Part shown: piece by piece, positions 1 to 9,980 of the stretch
Numbering within the stretch: the first letter of the stretch is position 1
Layout: each line of letters begins with the position of its first letter
Source of the DNA: an uncultured Gammaproteobacteria bacterium
GTDB taxonomy: Bacteria; Pseudomonadota; Gammaproteobacteria; Arenicellales; CAJQKF01
NCBI GenBank assembly: GCA_905478855.1
Contig: CAJQKF010000006.1
Coordinates: 52,019-116,018 of the forward strand
Direction: 5' to 3'
DNA: 64,000 nucleotides
Notes under the pieces: model-generated
The model's database searches: none
What the model was told of the DNA's origin: nothing
Seen by the model: only the letters and a program-made list of their open reading frames with translations
Made by a program: the position numbers and the translations under genes

Positions 1-54
1 CCAGCATTTGATGATTTACTTGAAGGATTGAAAATTAGAATTGCAAATACATAG
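1..54 (+). CDS. 3' end of an unidentified CDS entering from the left edge (partial)
   Basis: Only frame 1 is open from base 1 (...PAFDDLLEGLKIRIANT) to TAG at 52-54. The other two forward frames stop within 31 nt. Too short to name. Confidence 0.3.
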   Translation, partial: PAFDDLLEGLKIRIANT

Positions 55-63
55 CGAAGAAAC

Positions 64-270
64 TTACGCTGGATGTGTTGCGTGGAAAGATTTTTTTTGC
101 AGTGGAGTAAGTAGATTTTCTACTTGGGCGTATTCAACTAAGTTTTTTAGCTGATTTATGGTAGTGATGAAATTAGCTAATTGAAACTTACGTTCCAGCA
201 AAAGGAGAATGCTTGGTCTCCCGTAAACTTGCTCGCTTCTAAATATTCCGTACAGGGAAATGAAGGTCAT
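64..270 (-). CDS. hypothetical small protein (68 aa), doubtful
   Basis: ORF track only. No recognisable motif. The region upstream of the ATG is purine-poor (the tandem repeat) with no Shine-Dalgarno. Confidence 0.2.
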   Translation of the reverse strand: MTFISLYGIFRSEQVYGRPSILLLLERKFQLANFITTINQLKNLVEYAQVENLLTPLQKKSFHATHPA

Positions 271-271
271 T

Positions 272-311
272 TGTATTGGGTGTGGCTCGTGTGTATTGGG
301 TGTGGCTCGTG
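272..311. repeat. perfect 20-bp tandem direct repeat, two copies (tgtattgggtgtggctcgtg)
   Basis: Read directly: 272-291 and 292-311 are identical, and the flanking bases differ. Confidence 0.95.
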
Positions 312-351
312 GACGACACCCTTTGTATGACAGAAGGGGTCGAGCCTAACA

Positions 352-373
352 AAGGCGCCACAAAAGGCGCCTT
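352..373 (-). terminator. probable rho-independent terminator of the HU-like gene
   Basis: Inverted repeat aaggcgcc (352-359) / ggcgcctt (366-373) with a 6-nt loop, 15 nt downstream of the stop at 388. On the minus strand the stem is followed by TGTT. Confidence 0.6.
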
Positions 374-387
374 ATGGGCGGCAAGAA

Positions 388-759
388 TTAACCGACTGTA
401 TCTTTGAGCCCTTTTAAGGCTGTTACACGAACAGTTGTTGATGCGGGTTTCGCAGCAATTTTAATACTTTCTCCAGTAGCCGGGTTTCGACCCATTCTGG
501 CTTTTCGTGCGGGTTTTTTCACTCTTCGAATTTTAACGCCTGTTTGTGGAATTGTGAATTCACCGGAGCCGCGCTTACGCATATGCCGTTCAATTAATTC
601 ACCAAGGTCGTTGAATACGGCAGTAATTTCCTTTTTCGATAAGCCCGTACTATCTACTAGTGCCTGAATTACTTGGGTTTTAGTTTGTTTGGTAGCTATT
701 GCTGTAGCCTTCTTAGGTGCTGCAGCTTTTTTAGCGACAACCTTTTTTTTGACTGCCAT
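388..759 (-). CDS. HU/IHF-family DNA-binding protein with a Lys/Ala-rich N-terminal tail (123 aa)
   Basis: HU fold signature (...GEFTIPQTGVKIRRVKKPARKARMGRNPATGESIKIAAKPASTTVRV...) preceded by MAVKKKVVAKKAAAPKKATAIATKQ. ATG at 759 has GAGGGG about 11 nt upstream. The longer ORF start at 828 adds an implausible hydrophobic peptide. Confidence 0.85.
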   Translation of the reverse strand: MAVKKKVVAKKAAAPKKATAIATKQTKTQVIQALVDSTGLSKKEITAVFNDLGELIERHMRKRGSGEFTIPQTGVKIRRVKKPARKARMGRNPATGESIKIAAKPASTTVRVTALKGLKDTVG

Positions 760-1055
760 AAGTGATTTTCCCCTCAATGTAAATTGTTCTGTGATAGACA
801 CAGGTCGTAGGAAGAATGAAAATATCATAGATTAAAATGGTTTGTATATTGTTTAACCAATATATTTATTGTCAAACCGAAAAAGTTGTCTGAATAAACC
901 AGCGTATGGTGTTGTTAGCGCCTTTTTATCTGCTCTAAAACTCAAGAACGGGTTCACTAGAGTAAAAGTGTAGATATGAGAATCCGCCATTGCATGCATA
1001 GTCCGTTCTATTTTTTTGAAGATGCTTCAGTATTTATCTTTATTGTCATGTATTA

Positions 1056-1080
1056 ATACTTGACTAAAATAGTAGGGATT
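1056..1080 (+). promoter_or_regulatory. candidate IscR type-1 operator overlapping a putative -35 (TTGACT 1060-1065) / -10 (TACCAT 1083-1088)
   Basis: ATACTTGACTAAAATAGTAGGGATT compared with the published type-1 consensus ATASYYGACTRWWWYAGTCRRSTAT. Most positions match. It lies about 90 nt upstream of iscR. Confidence 0.5.
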
Positions 1081-1169
1081 TGTACCATTCCACACCGTTT
1101 TAGTGGGTTATTACTCAGAGGTTTTATACTCGCTCTTATCCCCTATCTTTATTTCGGTTGATGAACTAA

Positions 1170-1649
1170 ATGAGATTGACTACTAAAGGTCGTTATGCCG
1201 TAACGGCAATGTTAGACCTAGCCTTGAATCAGCATGTTAAGCCGGTAAGTTTGCAGGATATTGCTACGAGTCAGGAAATTTCGTTGTCCTATCTAGAACA
1301 GCTGTTTTCACGGTTGCGGAAAAACAAGTTGGTTAAAGGCACCCGCGGGCCGGGTGGTGGATACAAGTTAGGGCGAGCTCCAAGTGCGATTTCTATAGCT
1401 GATATTGTTACATCCGTTGATGAAAGTATAGATATTACTATGTGCGCCGGTCGGGAAAATTGTCTTGATGGAGAGCGTTGCTTGACCCATGAGTTGTGGA
1501 GTGATCTCAGTTCAAAGATTTTTGAGTTTCTCGATGAGATCAGTTTGCAGGAATTAATTAGCCGGCAACGAAGTCGTGAGTGTGCGAGTACCGGCGCGGT
1601 AAATGTTAGTGACAGAAGAGCAACAGTCGTCTTTGACGGAGTAAGTTAG
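1170..1649 (+). CDS. iscR: Rrf2-family Fe-S cluster regulator IscR
   Basis: [19 protein letters not shown]..., wHTH ...[30 protein letters not shown], and Cys ligands C92/C98/C104 ([14 protein letters not shown]). Directly upstream of suf genes. Confidence 0.85.
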   Translation: MRLTTKGRYAVTAMLDLALNQHVKPVSLQDIATSQEISLSYLEQLFSRLRKNKLVKGTRGPGGGYKLGRAPSAISIADIVTSVDESIDITMCAGRENCLDGERCLTHELWSDLSSKIFEFLDEISLQELISRQRSRECASTGAVNVSDRRATVVFDGVS

Positions 1650-1740
1650 CTTTCTGTTCGTTTGTTAAAGTGAAGTAGTTTGCCATCGGTATCACTACTT
1701 TCGTCTATTTTGAAGTTTTAGTTGTAACGAGTAAATTATT

Positions 1741-3186
1741 ATGGCCACAGCCCCAGATCTTGAAACACTGGTTCGTCGGGAATACAAAGAAGGCTTTGTA
1801 ACAGACATTGAGGCGGATACTTTTGCCCCGGGTCTTGATGAAAATACAGTTCGTGCACTTTCTGCAAAAAAAGGTGAACCCGCATTTATGCTTGAGTGGC
1901 GCCTTGATGCATTTGCCAAATGGAAAACCATGACAGAGCCAGAGTGGGCTCAGGTCGATTATCCGAAAATTGATTTTCAGAGTATCAGCTATTACTCTGC
2001 CCCGAAAAGCCCATCTGATGGACCCGCCAGTTTAGATGAAGTGGACCCTAAGATTATAGAGACCTACAATAAATTAGGTATACCCATCGAAGAGCAAAAA
2101 ATGCTGGCTGGGGTAGCAGTGGACGCGGTATTTGACAGCGTTTCGGTTGCCACAACCTTTAAGGCAAACCTGAAAGAAGCAGGTGTGATTTTCTGCCCTA
2201 TATCAGAGGCAGTTCACGAATATCCTGAATTGATAAAACAATATATGGGTTCGGTTGTGCCGGTAACTGACAATTACTACGCGGCACTTAATTCAGCGGT
2301 ATTTAGCGATGGTTCTTTCGTCTTTATACCAAAAGGTGTTCGTTGCCCAATGGAGCTATCAACATATTTTCGAATAAATGCGTTAAATACCGGACAGTTC
2401 GAACGCACATTAATAATTGCTGAAGATGATTCTTATGTGTCGTATCTAGAAGGCTGCACGGCACCAATGCGCGATGAAAATCAGTTGCATGCGGCTGTTG
2501 TTGAGTTAGTCGCATTAAATGGAGCACAAATAAAATACTCCACCGTTCAAAATTGGTATCCCGGTGACGAGGAAGGGCGCGGTGGAATATACAATTTTGT
2601 TACTAAACGTGGAATTTGTCGTGGGACAAAATCTAAGATATCTTGGACTCAAGTTGAGACAGGATCCGCCATCACTTGGAAATACCCGAGTGTGATACTG
2701 GAAGGTGATGGTTCGATCGGCGAGTTTTATTCGGTGGCGCTTACCAACAATAAGCAACAAGCTGACACCGGAACCAAGATGGTTCATATTGGTAAAGACA
2801 CTTCCAGCACGATTGTTTCTAAAGGAATATCCGCAGGTCGTGGACAACAATCCTATCGCGGTTTGGTGAAGATTTTGAAAGGAGCAGAAAATGCCCGGAA
2901 CCACTCTCAATGTGATTCGTTACTAATGGGCGATAAATGCGGCGCACATACGTTTCCATATATCGAAGTGAAAAATCCATCTGCGACTATCGAGCATGAA
3001 GCGACAACATCGCGTATTGGTGAAGATCAGTTGTTTTATTGTCGACAGAGAGGGCTTTCTGAGGAAGATGCTGTTTCGATGATTGTTAACGGATTTTGTA
3101 AGGAAGTACTTCGCGAATTACCGATGGAATTTGCGGTCGAAGCCCAGAAATTGCTGGGTATTAGTCTTGAAGGAGCCGTTGGATAG
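1741..3186 (+). CDS. sufB: Fe-S cluster assembly scaffold SufB
   Basis: 481 aa with typical SufB sequence (..[21 protein letters not shown].., ..[16 protein letters not shown]..). Suf operon context. Confidence 0.95.
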   Translation: MATAPDLETLVRREYKEGFVTDIEADTFAPGLDENTVRALSAKKGEPAFMLEWRLDAFAKWKTMTEPEWAQVDYPKIDFQSISYYSAPKSPSDGPASLDEVDPKIIETYNKLGIPIEEQKMLAGVAVDAVFDSVSVATTFKANLKEAGVIFCPISEAVHEYPELIKQYMGSVVPVTDNYYAALNSAVFSDGSFVFIPKGVRCPMELSTYFRINALNTGQFERTLIIAEDDSYVSYLEGCTAPMRDENQLHAAVVELVALNGAQIKYSTVQNWYPGDEEGRGGIYNFVTKRGICRGTKSKISWTQVETGSAITWKYPSVILEGDGSIGEFYSVALTNNKQQADTGTKMVHIGKDTSSTIVSKGISAGRGQQSYRGLVKILKGAENARNHSQCDSLLMGDKCGAHTFPYIEVKNPSATIEHEATTSRIGEDQLFYCRQRGLSEEDAVSMIVNGFCKEVLRELPMEFAVEAQKLLGISLEGAVG

Positions 3187-3262
3187 TTACGCCTCGGCAT
3201 TAATTTTAAAGAATCTCCTGTGAGTAATATCTCGCAATTATATTTTTTGGACACGTATTGTA

Positions 3263-4024
3263 ATGTTAAGTATTAAAAATCTGGAAGCTAGTGTTGATGG
3301 GAAACCAATTCTGAAAGGAATTAACCTTGAAATAGGGCGTGGGGAAGTGCACGCCATTATGGGTCCGAATGGTTCTGGCAAGAGTACATTGGCGAATGTG
3401 CTGGCTGGGCGAGATAAGTACGAGGTGACCGCAGGTTCAATTACCTATCTTGGCCAGGATTTACAGGAACTTAATCCGGAAGAAAGAGCTCGGGCGGGCG
3501 TTTTTTTGGCTTTTCAGTATCCAGTTGAGATCCCCGGTGTTAGCAATGTGTATCTACTCAAGGCCGCTTTAAATGCTATTCGTGAGTATCGGGGCGAACC
3601 AGAGCTTGACGCTATGCAATTTTTAAAGCGTGTTCGTGAAAAACTAAAATTGGTTGAAATGCGAGATGAGTTTTTACACCGATCAGTTAATGAAGGCTTT
3701 TCAGGTGGTGAAAAAAAACGTAATGAAATACTTCAAATGGCAATGCTCGAGCCTATGCTGGCGGTTTTGGATGAAACCGATTCTGGTTTAGATATTGATG
3801 CTTTGAAAGTCGTAGCCAAAGGTGTGAATGCACTCCGCGCAGCGGATCGTTCGATGATTGTGGTGACACATTATCAGCGCTTGCTCGATTACATTGTTCC
3901 TGACTTTGTGCATGTGTTAGCAAATGGAAAGGTTGTTCGATCTGGCGGGAAGGAGTTGGCTATGGAGCTTGAATCAAGCGGGTATTCATGGGTTGATAAC
4001 GAACCTCAGGCCGCAGCGGTATAA
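3263..4024 (+). CDS. sufC: Fe-S cluster assembly ATPase SufC
   Basis: Walker A GPNGSGKST, ABC signature FSGGEKKR, Walker B LAVLDETDSGLD. Confidence 0.95.
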   Translation: MLSIKNLEASVDGKPILKGINLEIGRGEVHAIMGPNGSGKSTLANVLAGRDKYEVTAGSITYLGQDLQELNPEERARAGVFLAFQYPVEIPGVSNVYLLKAALNAIREYRGEPELDAMQFLKRVREKLKLVEMRDEFLHRSVNEGFSGGEKKRNEILQMAMLEPMLAVLDETDSGLDIDALKVVAKGVNALRAADRSMIVVTHYQRLLDYIVPDFVHVLANGKVVRSGGKELAMELESSGYSWVDNEPQAAAV

Positions 4025-4026
4025 AA

Positions 4027-5325
4027 ATGGAAATTGCACTTGCACTAACAAAGAATAATGCTCTTGTTGCGTTTGAGGAGTCTATAGCGGATCAATCTGC
4101 CTATGGTGCAGATTGGTTGAATGATTATCGTAAAAAAGCAATAGCGCAGTTTTCAAGTTTAAATTTTCCAACGAGTGAACTTGAAGACTGGAAATATACG
4201 GATACCCGCGCTCTTACCAAGAGAAGTTATGACTTTTTTCCATCGACGAGTTCTATTGAAGGGCTATCTTCTTTGAGCGAAGACGATGTCTTACATGTGG
4301 TTTTTGAAAACGGAAAGTTGCGCGATGACTTGTCCGATCTGGATTCTTTACCGGCCGGAACTATTATCGGTAGTTTGGCAAATTCCGATGCGAACATTGT
4401 CCAACAATACCTCGGCAAAGCGCTACCAGAGAAGCATCATGGTTTTTCGGCCTTAAATGACGCTTTTTTGTCGGATGGTTTATTTTTGCACGTTTCTGAG
4501 AATGTGCATATTCAACGACCGGTCGAAGTTACGTTCTTGAATTCGACAGACGCTGTTGCCCCACTAGTACAACCCCGTAACCTAATTATTCTGGGCGACA
4601 ATAGCAGATGCGATATACTTTTAAGGTATGTTGATAACAGTCAGAACGCCTATTTGACGAATGCAGTAGATGAAGTTTTTGTTGGTGGAAAGGCCACGCT
4701 GGAACTTTGTAAGCTTCAGGAAGAGGGCGAAAAGTCTGGACATATTGGTGGTTTGTTTGTTCGCCAAAAAGCTGACAGTACGTTTACTGTAAATACTGTT
4801 TCGCTTGATGGTCAGTTAATTCGTAATGACGTGCTAGTTGAGTTGGATGAACCTGGTGCAGAATGTTTTGTTAACGGCTTGACCAGTATCAGTGGTCGAC
4901 AGCACGTTGATCATCATACTCAGATCAATCATAACGTTCCAAATTGCACGAGTCATGAGCATTATAAGAGTGTGCTGGACGGAAGATCACGAAACATATT
5001 TCACGGCCGGATCGTTGTTGCTAAGGATGCGCAAGGTACTGATTCAGAACAGCGAAATCAAACCTTATTGCTATCGCGTGATGCTGAGATCGATACCAAA
5101 CCACAACTTGAGATTTATGCAGATGATGTTAAATGCTCTCACGGGGCGACAGTGGGTCAATTGGATACTGATTCTGTTTTCTATTTGCGTTCTCGTGGCA
5201 TCGACGAGCAGACGGCACGGGGATTGCTGACCACAGCTTTTGCTCATGAAGCTCTAACGGGTATTTCCCGGGAAGGCGTTCGTACTTATATTGAAACTCG
5301 AATCGGATCGGGACAGGATACCTAA
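4027..5325 (+). CDS. sufD: Fe-S cluster assembly protein SufD
   Basis: 432 aa with a SufB/SufD-type C-terminal beta-helix region (..PQLEIYADDVKCSHGATVGQLD..). Follows sufC. Confidence 0.9.
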   Translation: MEIALALTKNNALVAFEESIADQSAYGADWLNDYRKKAIAQFSSLNFPTSELEDWKYTDTRALTKRSYDFFPSTSSIEGLSSLSEDDVLHVVFENGKLRDDLSDLDSLPAGTIIGSLANSDANIVQQYLGKALPEKHHGFSALNDAFLSDGLFLHVSENVHIQRPVEVTFLNSTDAVAPLVQPRNLIILGDNSRCDILLRYVDNSQNAYLTNAVDEVFVGGKATLELCKLQEEGEKSGHIGGLFVRQKADSTFTVNTVSLDGQLIRNDVLVELDEPGAECFVNGLTSISGRQHVDHHTQINHNVPNCTSHEHYKSVLDGRSRNIFHGRIVVAKDAQGTDSEQRNQTLLLSRDAEIDTKPQLEIYADDVKCSHGATVGQLDTDSVFYLRSRGIDEQTARGLLTTAFAHEALTGISREGVRTYIETRIGSGQDT

Positions 5326-5329
5326 TTAG

Positions 5330-6589
5330 ATGAGTGTATCGAATTTTAGCAAAGTGTCAGAGTTTGCGAGCGAGTTGGATGTCGCTGGGATTCGCCAGCA
5401 GTTTCCAATTTTGCATCAGACGGTAAAAGATAAACCTCTTATTTATTTTGATAGTGCTGCTAGTTCTCAAAAGCCGCGTTCTGTGATTGATGCTATTTCG
5501 AACTACTATCTACATGATCACTCTAATGTTCATCGCGGTATTCATACATTAAGCGAGCGTGCAACTGATGGGTTTGAGCAAGCGCGTGAATCGGTTCGCT
5601 CATTTATAAATGCAAATTCCACTAATGAAGTTATATTTGTTCGTGGTGCTACTGAGGCCATTAATTTAGTCGCTTTCAGTTATGGAGAGAGCTTCGTGAA
5701 TGAAGGTGATAGTGTTGTCGTTACCGAGATGGAGCATCATGCCAATATTGTCCCCTGGCAAATGATGTGCGAGCGGCGGAAGGCGAAATTACTGGTGGTG
5801 CCAATTCACGACGATGGTCAACTCAATCTTGATGTGTATAAGCAGCATTTGCAAAGGTCCCCAAAAATGGTTGCGATGACCCATGTGTCAAACGCGTTAG
5901 GCACCGTGAACCCCGTCAAAGAAATGACAATATTGGCTCATGATGCAGGAGCCGTGGTGCTGCTCGATGGTGCACAAGCGGTGCCGCATTGTGGTGTCGA
6001 TATGCAAGAATTGGATTGTGATTTTTACGCATTCTCCGCGCATAAAATGTATGGCCCAACGGGGGTTGGTGTGCTGTATGGCAAAGAAGATCTGCTTGAT
6101 CGTATGGCACCGTGGCAAAGCGGCGGTGAGATGATTCGTAAGGTTACATTTGAGCATACGGAATACAATACTTTACCGTGGAAGTTTGAAGCAGGTACAC
6201 CGGATATTTCCGGGAGTATAGGATTGGATTATGCAATCCGGTTTATGCAAGAAATTGGTAAATCGAGAATTGCCGAGCATGAAGCTGCTCTTTTAGCATA
6301 TGCAACTCATTTGGCTAATGAGCGCAAATGGATGCGAGTAATTGGAACGGCACCGGAGAAAGCGGGGGTGTTATCCTTTGTATTGGATGATATTCACGCT
6401 AATGATGTCGGTTTAATGTTGGATGCTGATGGTATCGCTATCCGTACCGGACATCATTGCGCAATGCCGGTTATGCAACATTTTAGTCTTCCTGCAACAG
6501 CTCGAATATCATTTGGTGTTTACAACACCTTCAATGAGATCGATTCGGTATATACCTCCATCGATAAAATACACAAAATCTTCAGTTAA
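5330..6589 (+). CDS. sufS: cysteine desulfurase SufS (class V aminotransferase, group II)
   Basis: PLP-Lys motif FSAHKMYGPTG and active-site region RTGHHCAMP. 419 aa. Confidence 0.95.
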   Translation: MSVSNFSKVSEFASELDVAGIRQQFPILHQTVKDKPLIYFDSAASSQKPRSVIDAISNYYLHDHSNVHRGIHTLSERATDGFEQARESVRSFINANSTNEVIFVRGATEAINLVAFSYGESFVNEGDSVVVTEMEHHANIVPWQMMCERRKAKLLVVPIHDDGQLNLDVYKQHLQRSPKMVAMTHVSNALGTVNPVKEMTILAHDAGAVVLLDGAQAVPHCGVDMQELDCDFYAFSAHKMYGPTGVGVLYGKEDLLDRMAPWQSGGEMIRKVTFEHTEYNTLPWKFEAGTPDISGSIGLDYAIRFMQEIGKSRIAEHEAALLAYATHLANERKWMRVIGTAPEKAGVLSFVLDDIHANDVGLMLDADGIAIRTGHHCAMPVMQHFSLPATARISFGVYNTFNEIDSVYTSIDKIHKIFS

Positions 6590-6603
6590 ATACATATTGT
6601 AAA

Positions 6604-6984
6604 ATGACTACTATAGAAAATCTCACTGGAACCGACTCAACTTATGAGTTTAATCACCATAGCTTGGAGCTATCTGGGTTTGATGAATTACATGATCGTG
6701 TAATTTTGGCACTGCGGGAAATTTATGATCCTGAAATTCCGGTTAACATATATGATCTCGGTTTGATCTATCGTGTGGATATTGATGCTCAAGCAAATAT
6801 TGACATTGACATGACACTTACAGCGCCTGGGTGTCCAGTAGCCCAGACGTTCCCGGGAATGATAGAGTCTGAAATAAATAAATTGGATGGAGTTACAGAT
6901 ACACATGTAGAAGTTGTCTGGGATCCACCATGGACACAGGATCGCATGACGGAAGCCGCTCGACTTGAATTAGGATTTTTCTAA
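6604..6984 (+). CDS. sufT: DUF59/MIP18-family Fe-S assembly protein (SufT-like)
   Basis: ..IYDPEIPVNIYDLGLIY..MTLTAPGCPVA.. is typical of DUF59. Operon position after sufS. Confidence 0.8.
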   Translation: MTTIENLTGTDSTYEFNHHSLELSGFDELHDRVILALREIYDPEIPVNIYDLGLIYRVDIDAQANIDIDMTLTAPGCPVAQTFPGMIESEINKLDGVTDTHVEVVWDPPWTQDRMTEAARLELGFF

Positions 6985-7305
6985 ATGTCTGAATGGGTAG
7001 TAGTAGATGCGGTTGATGCCATAGCGCAGGGTACGTCAACTGTAGTCGATGTTGATGATGTAATGGTTGCTGTGTTTAATATCAACGGTGATTTTTTTGC
7101 CGTTGAAGATGTCTGTAGTCATGATGGTGGCGAAATAGCCAGCGGCTGTGTGAAAGGATACGAGTTGGAATGCCCAAGACACGGCGCCCGTTTCAATATT
7201 AAAACGGGTGAGGTGTTATGTGCCCCTGCGTATGAAGATCTTGAAACCTTTCCGATCCGAATAGTAAATAATACGGTTCAGGTCAGAGACCACCGCTGGG
7301 ATTAG
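6985..7305 (+). CDS. Rieske [2Fe-2S] ferredoxin-like protein
   Basis: Rieske motif CSH...(17 aa)...CPRH (CSHDGGEIASGCVKGYELECPRHGARF). Start is adjacent to the sufT stop (TAAATG). Confidence 0.8.
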   Translation: MSEWVVVDAVDAIAQGTSTVVDVDDVMVAVFNINGDFFAVEDVCSHDGGEIASGCVKGYELECPRHGARFNIKTGEVLCAPAYEDLETFPIRIVNNTVQVRDHRWD

Positions 7306-7314
7306 TGTTCGAGG

Positions 7315-8271
7315 CTACTTATTTTTTCCGAATATAGAGTCCGCTACTACGCATAAAATTTCAAACAAAATTGTTGCGCCCACCATCGCCGTATTTCCAC
7401 TTGGATCAAAAGCCGGTGCGACTTCTACTACATCACCTCCAACTAGGTTTAAGCCACGTAGCGCGCGAATCATGAATTGGGCCTCAGCAGAGGTAAATCC
7501 TCCGATTTCCGGTGTCCCTGTTCCAGGTGCATATACTGGGTCTAATCCATCGACATCAAAACTGATGTAAGTTCGGCCGTCACCTACAATCTCCTTGGCC
7601 TCGTCCATGACTGATTTCCAGCCTCGTTCGTGTAGCTCTTCCATATAGATCACACGCATCCCAGTATCGTGGCTAAAATCCCACATATCCGGCATATTGA
7701 CGCTTCCACGTATACCGATTTGTACCGTGCGTTTGGGGTCGAGTAAGCCTTCTTCTACAGCTCTACGAAAGGGTGCGCCATGATGAAATTTTGAACCAAG
7801 GTAATCGTCACCCGTATCGCAATGTGCGTCGAAATGAACCATACCAACCGGATTGTCTTTAGCAATTGCCCTAAATATGGGCAAAGTTACTGAATGGTCA
7901 CCACCTGCGGAAAGAGGAATTACCCCCGCGGTATGGATACGTTCAAAGTGTTGTGCAATTTCGTCCAGACTGGTTTCAAGGTGATAAGGACTGCTAACCC
8001 AGGCATCGCCAATATCTCTAATACGACACAGTTCGTGCGGAGCGATGCCGGTACTTTGGTTTATTGTGCGAATTAAGCTAGATTGATTTCGGATTTCTCG
8101 GGGTCCGTGTCGTGCGCCAGGTCGGTTTGTAACACCACCGTCGAAGGGAATGCCTACCAGGCCAATATCAACCTCTTCGAGTGAATTAGTGTATTCAGCT
8201 CTCAAAAATGTAGGTATTCCTGTGTAACGTGGCCTGAGTTTCGGATCATCGTTTTTGTTATATGGGCTCAC
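7315..8271 (-). CDS. agmatinase-family ureohydrolase (agmatinase / guanidino-acid hydrolase)
   Basis: Arginase-fold Mn ligand motifs: GGDHSVT, VHFDAHCDT, SFDVDGLDP. Substrate cannot be assigned from sequence. Confidence 0.85.
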   Translation of the reverse strand: MSPYNKNDDPKLRPRYTGIPTFLRAEYTNSLEEVDIGLVGIPFDGGVTNRPGARHGPREIRNQSSLIRTINQSTGIAPHELCRIRDIGDAWVSSPYHLETSLDEIAQHFERIHTAGVIPLSAGGDHSVTLPIFRAIAKDNPVGMVHFDAHCDTGDDYLGSKFHHGAPFRRAVEEGLLDPKRTVQIGIRGSVNMPDMWDFSHDTGMRVIYMEELHERGWKSVMDEAKEIVGDGRTYISFDVDGLDPVYAPGTGTPEIGGFTSAEAQFMIRALRGLNLVGGDVVEVAPAFDPSGNTAMVGATILFEILCVVADSIFGKNK

Positions 8272-8490
8272 TATCTTTGACCTAATCTAGTTATTAATAA
8301 GCTATGTTACGCATAATATTTGAACTTTAGAAGAAAGTTATAGGGATTTAACGAATAAGTTCCATTATTTTATTTTGGTTTTACGTGCTTTTCTTCTCTA
8401 TAGATGAACATAACTTAGTGGTTATATTGTTCAAGTTTCGGCATAATTCGGCAATTACGCATATAATTTTTTGAGTAACTGATCCCAATA

Positions 8491-9864
8491 ATGTCTGGAA
8501 CCGTATATATAAAAACTTTTGGTTGTCAAATGAATGACTACGACTCAGCCCGAATCGTAGATTTGTTGGCAGAAAGCCACGGCATGCGCAAAGTAGATGC
8601 GCCAGAAGAAGCTACTATGCTTCTCCTGAACACGTGTTCGGTTCGCGAAAAGGCTCAGGAAAAAGTGTTTTCGGCTCTGGGCCGATGGCGTCCATGGAAA
8701 GAGAAAAATCCTGATTTGGTAATCGGAGTTGGTGGTTGTGTTGCGAGTCAGGAAGGTGATCTTATACGCAAGCGTGCACCTTACGTAGATTTGATTTTCG
8801 GACCACAAACGTATCACCGATTACCTACGATGTTGACTAACGTGCTTGAGTCGCGGGTGCCGCAAATAGACACAAGTTTTCCGGAAATTGAAAAATTTGA
8901 TAATTTGCCAACGCCTAGCGTTAATGGAGTTAAGTCGTTTGTATCAATTATGGAGGGATGCAGCAAATATTGTAGTTTTTGCGTAGTGCCCTACACACGC
9001 GGTGAAGAATTTAGTCGAGGGTTTGATGATGTAATTGCAGAGGTTTATCAACTGGCACAACAAGGTGTGCGTGAAGTAAATCTCTTAGGACAAAATGTTA
9101 ATGGATATAGAGGTGAAACTCATACTGGTGATAAAGCTGATTTAGCTAAACTGATACGATACGTGGCTGAAATCGATGGCATTCAACGAATTCGATATAC
9201 TACATCCCATCCGCAGGATTTTAACAACGATCTGGTTGATGTCTATGCAGATATACCCGAGTTGGTCAGTCATTTACACTTACCTGTGCAGAGCGGATCA
9301 AACCGTATTCTGGCGCAGATGAAACGAAACTACTCTGTCGCGGAATACAAGGATCTAGTCGACTCGATAAAAGTAAATCGTCCCGGAATCAGCATGTCGT
9401 CAGATTTTATAATTGGTTTTCCAGGCGAAACAGAAAAAGATTTTCAAGATACGATGGATCTGATTGAATACGTCGGCTATGACCAGTCATTTAGTTTTAT
9501 TTATAGCCAACGACCAGGTACCCCCGCGGCGTTCCTGAACGATGATGTACCAATGACTGAAAAGAAACGGCGATTAGCCCATTTGCAAGCCACCATAAAT
9601 GAGAATGCGGCTTGCATCAGCAGAGATATGGTCGGCACTAGACAGAATGTGTTAGTTGAAGGAACGTCTCGAAAGACCGAGGCGCAGATGAGTGGGCGAA
9701 CTGAAAATAATAGGGTTGTTAATTTTGACGGTAATTCTTCCTTAATCGGACGAGTGATACCTGTTGCAATTACTGAGGCATTACCAAATTCATTACGCGC
9801 GCGAACAATTCATTCATATGGCATGCAGGCTGTCGATTATTCCAGTCTTGCTATTGCGAATTAA
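8491..9864 (+). CDS. miaB: tRNA-2-methylthio-N6-dimethylallyladenosine synthase MiaB
   Basis: N-terminal MTTase Cys triad (FGCQMN..), radical-[19 protein letters not shown]-terminal TRAM domain. Confidence 0.95.
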   Translation: MSGTVYIKTFGCQMNDYDSARIVDLLAESHGMRKVDAPEEATMLLLNTCSVREKAQEKVFSALGRWRPWKEKNPDLVIGVGGCVASQEGDLIRKRAPYVDLIFGPQTYHRLPTMLTNVLESRVPQIDTSFPEIEKFDNLPTPSVNGVKSFVSIMEGCSKYCSFCVVPYTRGEEFSRGFDDVIAEVYQLAQQGVREVNLLGQNVNGYRGETHTGDKADLAKLIRYVAEIDGIQRIRYTTSHPQDFNNDLVDVYADIPELVSHLHLPVQSGSNRILAQMKRNYSVAEYKDLVDSIKVNRPGISMSSDFIIGFPGETEKDFQDTMDLIEYVGYDQSFSFIYSQRPGTPAAFLNDDVPMTEKKRRLAHLQATINENAACISRDMVGTRQNVLVEGTSRKTEAQMSGRTENNRVVNFDGNSSLIGRVIPVAITEALPNSLRARTIHSYGMQAVDYSSLAIAN

Positions 9865-9980
9865 TATAAATAGACTCTTCGTTAGTTAATCTGACAATAA
9901 TTCGATGACCCTTGCGCGCGTGCCTTACTTGTCCTTAATCTTGTGATATACACCTCTAGACTGGTTGCTGTCTGTTTCTC

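Noticed and set aside
404-667. 87-aa plus-strand ORF antisense to the HU-like gene. Similar internal or antisense ORFs occur at 2515-2910, 4892-5230, 21228-21596, 36756-37142, 40643-41041 and 42893-43279
   Set aside because: Each overlaps a confidently identified gene on the opposite strand or in another frame. None has a recognisable motif.
1083-1102. Second dyad (ccacaccgttttagtgg) downstream of the IscR type-1-like site, considered as a type-2 IscR site
   Set aside because: The arms are only 4 bp, and I could not align it to the type-2 consensus positions.
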